This document shows, piece by piece, positions 53,348-64,000 of a stretch of 64,000 nucleotides of DNA. This stretch comes from Guillardia theta CCMP2712 (lineage: Eukaryota > Protista > Cryptophyta). The notes under the pieces are model-generated. The model did not search any database and was not told the DNA's origin. It was given only the letters and a program-made list of their open reading frames with translations. Position numbers and translations under genes: made by a program. The stretch's first letter is position 1. Every line of letters starts with the position of its first letter. The stretch covers positions 314,093 through 378,092 of the forward strand of contig NW_005434655.1 in the NCBI RefSeq assembly GCF_000315625.1, written 5' to 3'.

Positions 53348-53586
53348 CTAGCTGTAGGTATCACGCGTCTCCTCCCCCTTCACCTCCTCCTCCTCTCTCT
53401 CTCCTCCTCGCCCTCCCTCCTGCCCAGCCCTCTCGCCTTCTTCACTCCTCGCATGCTCCTGTTGTCGGCCCCATGTGGATAAGCGCGGGGATGCGGGTTT
53501 ATAAGGACAAGCGCGGGGATGCGGGTTAAACTAACGACAAAGCGTTGATCACACAGGAAAGGGAGGAGGGTCGAGGAAGAAGATAA

Positions 53587-53798
53587 AACGAGACGAGACG
53601 AGACGAGACGAGACAAGACAAGACAAGACAAGACAAGACATCACATCACATCACATCACATCACATCACATCACATCACATCACATCACATCACATCACA
53701 TCACATCACATCACATCACATCACATCACATCACATCACATCACATCACATCACATCACATCACATCACATCACATCACATCACATCACATCACATCA
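53587..53798. repeat. Compound pentanucleotide microsatellite (GAGAC)n(AAGAC)n(CATCA) of about 32 units
   Basis: Direct reading of the sequence. Confidence 0.95.
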
Positions 53799-53911
53799 AA
53801 CCATTATCAAATCTCGAATTGCAGTTAGTCCAGGCATCAGCAAGAACGAGAGAAGGAGGGAAGTGAAAGGAGGGATGAGCGCGTCTTAACCACCTCCACA
53901 TTTCACGAGAG

Positions 53912-55392
53912 ATGCCGGGGGGGAAGGGGAAGTCGACGAGCATGGAGATAGATCCGAAAGTCTGGCATGCCACAGACTTCAGGAGCGAGTACACGATGCG
54001 CATAGCAGATCAAGCGCCGAGGTTCTACTACAGGTGAGCGTGGGGGAGCTGGAGCTGCAGTCACCCCCCTTGCGCAGACGGTTCACTCCTCCGGACAAGA
54101 ACAAGTCTCACTCGCTCGTGGAAGGAGGGCCCTCTTTCCCTCCCTCCCAGCAGGTTGATGCCTGCCATGTGCATATCAAGAGATGACCTGCGACTGTCTC
54201 AGTTTCAGACGTCCTACTCGCAGTCGTGGAAGCCGGATGGAACAGCAGGTCAGCCGGGATTCTCGAGGAGAGAGATTTTTAAGGTGCTTGACCCAAACTC
54301 CAAACCCCCCCAACCCACCCCCCCAACCCCTATGCTCCACCACCACCACCACCACCACCACCTCCTCCTCCTCCTCCTCCTCCTCCTCCTCCTCCTCCTT
54401 TGTCTCCTCGTTTAGTATTTCTCCTCCTCCTCGTGCTCAATTACTAAATTTTACATTAACCTCCCGTGACATCTCTGACAGATCGGTGGCACACAAACTC
54501 AATTCGGTGACAACAACAGCCTGACTTTCAAGGAACCGTTCTCCCACACAGTCTTCACTGAGGTGAGGTCCTCCTCCTCCTTCTCCTCCTCCTCCTCCAT
54601 CCACCTCCTCCTCCTCCTCCTCCTCCTCCTCCTCTTGCACCTTCTCCTTCCCCATCTCCTGCGCATCCTTTGCCATCTCTCTCGTCCCCTCCTCTTCACG
54701 ATTCTTTATTCTCTCGTCCTCCTCGACTCACATCGTCTTCTCTCCAGTGCGACTTGCGATCTGTGAATGTGAGGAACCTGAGACGGGATGGGATCAAACC
54801 TGCAGGATTGAAATCCACCACGTCAGTCTTATCACCTCCCTTTGCGTTCTGTGCTGCTTACCTCCTCCTTCTCCTCCACTTCTCCCCTCCCGTTCTCTTC
54901 TCCGTCCATCTTCTCACTCAAATGTACAGGCTGCCATATTACAACATCATCCCTGGTGTTGGAAACGAGGACCCCAGCCGAGGACGATGCGTCTTCGATG
55001 CCTTCCAAGAGACGGTGAAACTTTGCGAGGAGGAGGAGAAAGAGTGATGATTGTGCAGAGCAACAAGTTTCGTGACACCAGGAGGTATTTCTGTCCTGCC
55101 CTCTCCTTCGCTCATCTTTGCTTTATGCTCATCTCGCCGTCCGCTCCTCTTGCCTCCTGCCCGACCTTCTTCCTCCTCATTCGCTTTCAGGTTTGCACAA
55201 CTCAACAACCCGAGGATCCCCCGCGGTCATCAGCTCAACCCGCTGACGGGAGAGGTTCCTCCCTCCCCCCTCCTCCTCCCTCTCCCTGACGACCCGCAGC
55301 TGCTCCCCACTCGCCGTCCCCCTCCTGTCGATCTCTTCCCGCAGAGCCGCAAGAAGCCTCCTTTGAGCAGCCTCGCTCAGGTCCTGCGGTAG
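53912..55392 (+). CDS. Hypothetical multi-exon protein
   Basis: Continuous spliced frame MPGGKGKSTSMEIDPKVWHATDFRSEY...YYNIIPG...HQLNPLTGE...AQVLR*. Confidence 0.55.
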
Positions 55393-55529
55393 CACCAGCG
55401 GGTCGCTTCTGATCCCCTCGCAGGTCAGGCCAGCAGATTGAGAATGAAGCACAAAGAGAGGAGAAGAGGAGGAAAAGGAGGGGATGTTGTTTGTGTGCAT
55501 TGGTTGCAAGATAAACTTGAGAATTCTTT

Positions 55530-57225
55530 TCATTCCTTCCTGTCTCTCTTCACTTCCCCCTCTGCTTCCGGTTTCTCTCTCCTCTTCGTCGGAAGTTTGT
55601 CCGCCTCCTCCGCCTCCTTTTGCTCGACCCTGCCATCGTGTCATCCGTGTCCATCGCCTCCTCCCAGCTCCCAGCTCACTTGCACGTGATCAGCTTCCAG
55701 GGGTCTGCGTCCTGCCGCCCCGCGAGGAAGGAGGAGGGCGCCTGAACCTGCTCTCTCCGTCAGCACGGGGCAAGGACAACGTCACCATCACCGTTACAGG
55801 AGGACGAGGTGGAGGAGGAGGCTCCCGCTCGAGGAGCTGCAGATCAGAGTAAGGAGGAAGGGGAGAAGGAGGAGGGATGAACTAACCTTGTTCCTTGAGA
55901 TCTCGTCGGAGGGGATCAAAGTCGGCATCTCGCTCTCCACCTCCTCGTCTTCGTCCTCCTCCTGCTGTCCTCTCAACTTGCCGCATCGTCTACACAAGAT
56001 CTCACCGATGCCGATGCCTCATCCTCCTCCTCCCCCGCTTTCTCCTGCCCTCCTGCCCCTCCTCGCACGTCCTCGTCGTCGTCGGAGATTGGCTCCGTCC
56101 CTGCAAAGGAGAAGATGAGGAGGGAGCGAGAAGAACTTCGCCTCTTACCATTGAGCAGAAGGTACTGCCGATCATCTTCGTCCTCTCCATTGAAGAATGA
56201 ATCATACTAAATAAAGCCCAACAATTAGCCTCCTCCTCCTTCTCCTCCTCCTTCTCCTCCTCCTTCTTCTCCTCCTCCTCCTGACCTGCCGAAACGGGTC
56301 TGTGGTGAACACGCTGCATTCCGAGTAAGTCTCTGACTTGACAAGAGCATGCCAACCCTGCCAGCAAACTTTTCATCTCCTCGTGTCTTGCTCTTCCTCT
56401 ACTCTCAACCCCCTCCTCCCTCTTCTCTTCTCACGCTCTCCACGTAGATTCTTCTCAGCTCCGCGTCTTTCAGAACCCGATAGGCCAGGCTGACAATCTT
56501 GAAATTCTTGGTCGCAGCTTTCTGCCGTTCCTGCTCGATTCACGTCAACTTGTTTGCTTGTCCTCCTCGTGCTCTCACCCTCTTCTCCATCTCTTCCCTG
56601 TACACACTTTCTTCTTCCCCCAAGTCTTCCAATGTCTGTGAGCGATCATCCCGCAGCCAACCACAGCAATGGCTCACCTTCACCAACTTGAACTTCCTCC
56701 TCCTCTCCTCTTCAACCTCCTCATAACAAGCATGGCAGACGTCGTAGGTGTCATTGCAAAGATGGTACCATCCTTCCTCCACACCTGCTCCCGCCCGTCA
56801 CTCCAACGACAGCACAATCTCTCGTCCTACCCAGCTCGTTTCCGCATTCATCGCAGACGACGGGCTGGCTTCGGAACTTTGACGGATGAAATTTGGTTGA
56901 CTGCAGGAGAGTAAGAGGTCTGACAGTTCAGTTTTGAGGGGAGCCTTCTTGTGGTAGGCGGCTCGTAGACGAGTCTCCAGGTCAGTCGAACAATCTCGGG
57001 GAACACCCAACGCATGAAAGAGATCTATTTCTTGTGCTGCCAATCCATTCCGAAGCGAAGAGAAGAGAAGAAACAATCAGAAAGGGAAAGATAATGGAGA
57101 TGTAACCCAAGTCAAGGTGGGACTGATAAGGGCAGAGTGTTGTATCACGATGACAAGAACACACCTTTCAGCATCTCCTCATCTTCGTCGACTTCTGAAA
57201 CCTCTTCTTCATCGACGGCAGACAT
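55530..57225 (-). CDS. J-domain-like protein (HPS instead of HPD) with inserted ZZ-like zinc finger
   Basis: DLFHALGVPRD..LRAAYHKK-STKFHPSK, then CDECG..WYHLC..YDVCHACY, then ATKNFKIVSLAYRVLKDAELRRIY and an acidic tail. Confidence 0.75.
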
Positions 57226-57238
57226 CTTCAGTAGCTGG

Positions 57239-58198
57239 ATGAGAACCAGTCAGCGTGTGCTCAGGCCTTGTCGAGGTGTCAATCTTCTACCCTGATCCGT
57301 CCGTTTCTGCTGTCTGACCTCCACCCTTCCCCTTCCCCTTCCCCTTCCCCTTCCCCTTCCCCTTCCCCTTCCCCTTCCTCCTCCTCCTCCTCCTCCTCCT
57401 TCCCCTTCCTCAGTTGAGTCGCATCCTGCAACTGCACGTGCATTTTCGGCGCTAAACTTCGCCTCAGAAGTATTTTTGAAAGACAGCAGAGAGGATCTTG
57501 TTTCCATTATTGAGCTCCAAGGGCAGCAGTTGAGCGACATGGTGGTGAAGATGGTTTTGTGGGACAACGATGGAGTGCTGATGGACACAGAGGGCTTGTT
57601 CATGCTGTCGAACAAGCAGGTTCTCTCTCAGCATGGTATCGAGCTCACCCAAGAAGAGTTCTGCGACGTCAACCTGACGCAAGGAAGAAGTGTCCTCGAG
57701 CTCATTAGCCGTGGGGATGAAGCAAAACTCGACGAGCTGCGAGCTCAGCGAGACGAGCTGTACAGCCAGCTGCTGTCGGGCAGCGACTGTCGCATTCCTG
57801 GCATGCTAGATGTTGTGAAGGCTGTGGGGAAGACATGCCGGATGGCCATTGTGACGTCGAGCAAACGAAATCATTTTGAGCTCATGCACAAGAGTTCGGG
57901 CATCGTCGAGCACATGGAGTTTTGCCTTGCGTCAGGGGACTACCCGAGGTCGAAGCCTCATCCTGATCCCTACCTCGAGGCCATGCGAAGAGCGGCCTGC
58001 TCTCCTGATGAATGTCTCGTGGTTGAAGACTCTCCCCGCGGCATGCAGGCTGCTGTGGCTGCAGGCATCCGATGTGTAGTCATCCCGAATCCTCTCGTCG
58101 CGGACAGAGCATGGGAGGAGGCAACTCGAGTAGTCCGTACGCCTCAGGAACTTCTTGCTAGCTTGCAAGAGATTATTCTTGCTGCTTCCAATTCCTGA
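57239..58198 (+). CDS. HAD-superfamily hydrolase (subfamily IA, beta-PGM/CbbY-like) with putative mitochondrial presequence
   Basis: VLWDNDGVLMDTE, IVTSS, KPHPDPY and VVEDSPRG. Exon 1 MRTSQRVLRPCR splices in frame to VESHPATARAFS. Confidence 0.9.
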
Positions 58199-58274
58199 CA
58201 AGAAGAGATTTTGTAAGAAACCATTTGGGCTGGCTATGAACACATGACTTATCATGACGACACTATCGCTTAAT

Positions 58275-61226
58275 TTATAAATCGTCTTCATCTTCGCTCG
58301 CATACTTTGCACGCACACGTTTCCTTTTTGGAGATGCTGGTCCTTCAAGGTCGTCGTCGCTCTCTATTGTTGTATTTCCCCCGGCCTGTAATCCCTCATC
58401 TTCTTCAGTTTCGCTTGTACTTGAACTCGCATCAGTCTCCTTAACAACTTTGGATTCGGCTTGAATGCTTTCTGCTGACGATGTCTCCTTGAAAAGAACA
58501 AAAGAAACGTTTCCATTGACAGAGTCTGTGGCTTCTTGGTAACAATGGTCCCTGTCAGAAGCATCGATCCAAGAACCACTAAGGCAGGCATATCCAGCAA
58601 TTTTGACTTGCCCACCACTTTCGTCGGGCTTCCCCAAGGTTGGTGCAAGTAAATCATAGGTATCGCAAGATGTGTTCTCTGAAAAAATAAAGATATCCTT
58701 CAGATCACCTTGGTCAAAATGACGATTTGCATCGCCAACATCGTCCATGATAAGAGATTCTAACTCTCCTTTTCGTATTTGTTTCTGGAAGATCCGCTCT
58801 TCAATAGTGCCTGTGGTTAGCAGTCTATACACAAAGACTGGTTTTGGTTGACCAAATCTCCATACCCGAGCCATCGCCTGCAAGTCATGCGCTGGATTCC
58901 AAGAAGGATCCAACAGAATAACTCTATTGCCTCCAATGAGATTCAAACCAACTCCTCCAGCCTTTGAGCTTAACAAGAAAACGAAAATTCCAGAGCTTGG
59001 GTTATTGAAAGAAGAAACAATGTCACTTCTTTTTGAGATCTCTGTACTTCCATCTAGACGAACAGTCTTGTACGATAGCTTTTTGCAGATAGTATCCACT
59101 AAGTCCAATGAAGTGGTGTAATTTGAAACAATTACAACTCGATCATTGGTTGAAGCTTTCACCTAACGACAAGTTAAATCACAGGGGCTAAGATTCAGAG
59201 GAGATGTAGAAACCTTTTCCAGAAGGCAAAATAGAAAATCTAGCTTGCCACTATGGCAGGGATCCAAAGGTTCGTAATCACAAGGAAAGAATTCGCGGGT
59301 GTTGATGTCAAATTTCAGCGAGATATTCGAGTTGTTGTTTTGCTCATCCTCGATTTGATTTGCTGTCACTAAATCTGGGTGATTTAAGGCCTTGGTCAAT
59401 TTGGAGATGATTGTAAAGACAACCTGCCCGCTATTACCTTCTATTGCCTGTAAAAAATATAAGAATTTTTGCGGCAAAGTACATTTTTATACTTTTTTCA
59501 GCTCAGAGCTACTCAGAAGAGATTTGTAAATTTTCTTTTGCAAAGGGCTCGGCCGGCAAAATATAACTTTTTCGTACTTTGGGGGCATCTGAGCTACAAT
59601 GTCTTTAGACGTTCGTCTCAAAACAATAGGAGAAGTTCGCTTAATGAGTTCCTTGAGCCTTTTCTTGCCAATCCTCTGCAAGTCCTTGGAACAACTTTTG
59701 TCTCGGCTTTTGATAATTGCATCTGCAAAAATCTTCCGAAACTGTTTTGGTGCACCTAAAGTACCAGGACAAACCCAGTTCACCATAGCATAGAACTCGT
59801 CAAGATCGTTTTGTACGGGAGTTCCAGAGAGAAGAATCCTCATTTTGCAAGGAAGTGCATTCAAGGAGTCAATTGTTTTGTTTCCATCAATATTCTTCAA
59901 TTTCTGACCTTCATCACACACGACAAGTTGAATGTTTTGATACCTTGAGAGCATTTGAATATGCCTCCTCAGCATATCGTAGCTAATGATGAGAACTCGT
60001 TTCACATTTCCCTTCACAAAATCATTTACATCGTTTGATGCGTTTGTTCCACCTTTGGTAATGGCTTGAGCACTTAAGCGTTGATCCCCCAACCATTTTT
60101 TAATTTCATTTGCCCAGTTGAAGACCAATGAAGAAGGGCAGACAATTATTGCTTTTCGAACTATTGGATCGGTAAGGGAAAATGGAGATTGCTTCATAAG
60201 GGTCCAAATAAGTGCAATACTCTGTAATGTTTTTCCGAGACCCATTTCATCGGCCAAAATACAGCCCGAAACTATTGAGTTTGGATGTTTTGTCATCAAA
60301 TTCTTGTACAAAAATTTGGTGCCTGCGATTTGATGAGGTTTCATGTGCATTCCTAGCACGGGATCCAAAACCACCAAGAAATCATCGTTCTGGTCATCGT
60401 TCAAGATGTGCGCATGCTGACGGGAAGGGTCAATAGAAAAGTTTTTGGTAGCCTTGCACATAGGTACGAATTCTGATGTAGTAGATTTTGAAGAAATATC
60501 GATTTCCATTACATCGCTCTCATTTGACAATGGAAGGGTAGGCTTGCCAAGAACTGAGCGGAAAGGTGCATTTTTGGCCCTTACGTTGCTTGTTTTTGTT
60601 GTAGTGGTGGCGATACTCGCTGCTCCAATTTGAATGTATTCGTCTTCCGTGATTTCTTTTACGATTTCACATTCATTGTTCCCGAAGAACGTGAAATTTC
60701 CTTCTTGTAAAGAGGTGCCCTGAACATTCTTTAAACCTTTCGAGATGGTGCTGCCATCCTGAGATTGCAATTCGTAGCTGCCATTCTTCACAATTAGGAC
60801 ACCATCATCCCATACCTTGTGCTTCTTCTTGCTCTGCTTTGTCCAAAAAACCTCAAAAAATCTTATTTCTGACTCTTCCTTGGAATTTGGCATCACGACT
60901 GCGGGGTAAGACAAAGGCTTCTTCAAACTAGAGGGCATTCTAAACGCCTGTTGCAGTGAAATCTGCTGACTATCAGCCGAGGAAGAATCATTTTTCTCTT
61001 GTCCCCCACTGTAACCTTCCAAAGAATTGACTGTATTGATGTTTGTTATTGAATTGTCAACTTTATCTGCTGTTGAAGTTCGGATGTTGCCTCCGATTGA
61101 ATCCATCCTACTGTCAGGTATCGATACCTGTGTATTGGAATCGCCATGCCTAGGAAACAACGGCTTGAATCCACAAGACAAACTTCCGACGCTAATTCGC
61201 TGAGAAGGAGCCTGCGAACGTCGCAT
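58275..61226 (-). CDS. RAD54B: DNA repair and recombination protein RAD54B (SNF2 family)
   Basis: MRRSQAPSQ N-terminus and RAD54B-type KKKHKVWDDGVL motif. Helicase motifs GCILADEMGLGKTLQ, CDEGQKLKN, LSGTPVQNDLDEF, LLSSKAGGVGLNLIG and WNPAHDLQAMARVWRFGQ. Two short introns. Confidence 0.93.
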
Positions 61227-61641
61227 CTTCGATGAGAGGATACCAACCTTTCTCTCGTTCTATTGAGTGCCAGCTATTGCGTCCTCTGCCTTTCTTTCAT
61301 GCATCTTGTACTTGCTCCTGTCTTCTCTTCAACATCACGTGTTCTCACTCATTTTTCCTGCCTCACCTTTCCTTCCTTGTTCCCCCCCCCTGACCATCTT
61401 CGCTCATCTCCTCGCTCCATCTCTTACCATTCTTCCACAACCACAAACTCTCTACTCTTCCCGCCAAAATCCTCGGAAGTAGGTTAACTAATAAAATAAG
61501 AGTGTTGACTACAGACGTGTTATCTCAACAAATATTGACTATAGATCCTCGTATGCGATTCAACGGTGAACCGTCTGATGTAGGGCCATGCAGGAGAAGC
61601 AACTGCGCGGCGACTGAGGAGAGGGGACGAGGGAGCGGAGC

Positions 61642-61703
61642 GGACAGGACAGGACAGGACAGGACAGGACAGGACAGGACAGGACAGGACAGGACAGGAC
61701 AGG
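61642..61703. repeat. (GGACA)n microsatellite
   Basis: Direct reading of the sequence. Confidence 0.95.
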
Positions 61704-61857
61704 AGAAAATGTTTCAGACAGGCAGGCAGGAGCACTTCAAACTGATAGAATGCATTGGAAAAGGCTCATTACGCTTTTAGGATTTACACTTGGAACCACC
61801 AAAGACGTCTGAGGGAGGACAAGAGAGCCAAACAAGGCTGGTCGTCCTCTTGAGAGA

Positions 61858-62324
61858 ATGGCAGGGCAGACGGTAAGCGATTCATGTATGATGGAATGAA
61901 GCCTCATGGCTTTCATCGACCAGGGAGAGGTCGACGAGACGATAAAGAAGTTGTCCTCCTATCCAGGATTCATCGGCTACTTGATCACAAATGCTGATGG
62001 CATCCCCATCAAACATTCGTGAGTTGTAAGCAACCAAGTCGTTGATTTTGACCGATTGCTCGTCTCCAGATTTGAAAATGATCGAGCAGAAGCGATTCAG
62101 TATGCGGGTTTGATCAGTTTGCTGGCGTCCAAGTCAAGAAGTGCAATCCGTGAACTAGATCCACAAAACGATGTCACTTTCCTTCGACTTCGATCGCTCA
62201 AGCATGAGATATTGATTGCGCCAGGTGTCATGTGACGGGTGATATCGCTATGCAGAATGACATCCTCGCAGATAAAGAATACACCTTGATGGTGATCCAA
62301 AAGCCTGTTGACAAATCGTCATAG
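61858..62324 (+). CDS. DYNLRB: Dynein light chain, roadblock/LC7 type (4 exons)
   Basis: [81 protein letters not shown]. Not present in the supplied ORF track. Confidence 0.93.
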
Positions 62325-62399
62325 CCATGCTAAAAAGCTTATGATGCCGCAAATGCGTAGAAAGTGTATTGAAACACCGCAACTCCTTAACATCGAACT

Positions 62400-64000
62400 C
62401 TAGTCTCTTCGCGTATGCAGACGTTTGTTTATCGCAATCTTGAGGTGCTGAAACGAGCTGGAAAGAGGTAGAGGAGGACGAGTAAGCTGAAACATGGCAG
62501 GAGCGAGGTTCACCTTGAAATCCGACCCTCTCCTAGCAGACATGCAACTCTCGCAACCTCGCGTTGAAAGGAGTCGTACACACTGACATCAAGGTCAAGA
62601 TTAGATCAGATCCGATGCTCACCCACGTGGGATGAGACAAGCCTATGCCGCTCCCCAGTCCGCGTGTTGACAGGTGGCAATCACACGGACGTGTGGCCTC
62701 TCGCACCAACCTGGAAGAATGCATGATTTCCTTCCTGAAAGCTTCAAAGACTCACTGGTTGAGCTGGTGGTCAAGAGATTCGATGAGGCGCATCAGAGAT
62801 GATAGGATCAGAGTAGCCATCACCTGATGCGCATCAACCTGGTAAGCACCACAACCAATCACGAGCTCGACTCACCTTGTCTCGAGTGCCAACAAATGAG
62901 TCCTCCGCTCCTCTCTCACATTCTCCATCTTCTCCCACCTTTCCTATACATCTCATGACAGTAATATAAATCAACCAGAAAGAACAAGAGCACGGATGTT
63001 CCGAGGAAAGAGATTGCTTGAGCGACATGAAGGACCCGAAAGTGATCAAGGCGGCAATTGTTCCAGAATGATGAATCGTAGACTTGTTCACTCTTTGAGC
63101 GAGGTCAAATATGCAAAATGATAAGGCTGTTGAATTCTTGTCGCTCACAAATTTCTTGTACATGTCGTTGAGACTGACTTGCAAACTTTTCTCTTCTCCC
63201 TGGATGGCTAAGTCGGTCGTATGGAGTTGAAATTCGAGGAGAGCGAGCAAGGAATATGACAGTGAGTTCAGCTCTTCGGAGCTTGCGATATCGTGCAAGG
63301 CATGAAAGGATGCACTTTCCTGGTAAAGACTGACAATGGCCGCGACGTCATCAAAGTCAGTCTGCGTTAGATTCTCGCATCGCTCAGGCTGCAACTTGCA
63401 AGCCAGACCTTGATGGAGCAGCATGATCAACAGACTCTCACACCTCGTCCTCTCCAACAACCGAAACAAGGCAAAGCGAGTCGCTACCCTCGACCTGAGC
63501 CAGAGAGACTCGCGCCCTCGCTTCACGACTTGTCGAATGCCATGCAGGTCTTGGATCCCCGAGGTTTCGCTTCTCCTGCAGACCGAGGGAGCCAAGCAAT
63601 CACAAGTCACGATCTTGTGAATGAGCGCATGCCGGTCAAACAGCTGATCGTCTAGCGTTCGTAACGCCGTCACCTCCTCGTCTGACGCTTCGAAAATATC
63701 GCTCGTGCTCTCCAGAAACTCGATGAGCTGCAGGAGGGGATGGTCGAACTCGCTGCTGGGTATCCGGCTTCTGACAGTCTGGAGGAGGCGAGACATGCTT
63801 CGAGTCAACCAGGGAAAGAGCTCAGATCTCTTCGGATGCACGTGAAGTTCAAAGAAGAAACTCCGCAGGGCAGCAGCAAATGGGTAGCAGCCTCCTCCCA
63901 GACTCCCGCTTGCCTGCGCCTCCTCTGATTGCGTGTTCCTTCTCGTCAGCACGAGAGCTTCAAAAAGGGGTTGCAAACGCTCGGGGAAAGAGCTTCGAAT
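62400..64000 (-). CDS. 3' part of a large Leu-rich helical hypothetical protein
   Basis: 380-aa open frame running to the window edge, plus short downstream exons. No recognised domain. Confidence 0.6.

Noticed and set aside
53587-53798. CRISPR-like or telomeric array
   Set aside because: It is a simple pentanucleotide microsatellite with no spacers, in an internal eukaryotic context.
55177-55420. Apparent coding overlap between the J-protein and the + strand gene
   Set aside because: A 50-nt GT-AG intron gives a better final J-protein exon ending at 55530, so no overlap is needed.

Overview
Gene-dense, intron-rich eukaryotic nuclear DNA with two 100-N assembly gaps. The short (~42-50 nt) introns, microsatellite-filled introns and bipartite AxA-F plastid leaders point to a cryptophyte such as Guillardia theta (inference). 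About 25 genes were assembled by hand across introns. They include a PPG1-type PP2A-family phosphatase, a PDZ protein, an SDP1-type patatin lipase, PSTK, a GT37 fucosyltransferase, an ARMET/SAP-like protein, an ankyrin protein, phytoene desaturase, a P-element-like transposase, AspRS with a signal peptide and LRGG leader, AGMO, a cNMP-binding protein, a repeat-rich MORN protein, a beta-helix protein, a plastid cyclophilin, a 2OG-Fe(II) oxygenase, a J-domain/ZZ protein, a HAD hydrolase, RAD54B and a roadblock dynein light chain. The most notable signal is non-canonical splicing: four genes fit their family motifs best with GA-AG introns (donors AG|GAACG, AG|GAGAG, AG|GAAAG, AG|GAACC), and two more need GC-AG introns. 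Other highlights are GGGGTA/TACCCC islands and CCGG islands mostly upstream of gene starts, a coding-like insert inside an intronic (TCC)n tract, and head-to-head or tail-to-tail gene pairs only 8-13 bp apart. Family comparisons come from recalled consensus motifs, not database searches. Exon boundaries of hypothetical genes are approximate.
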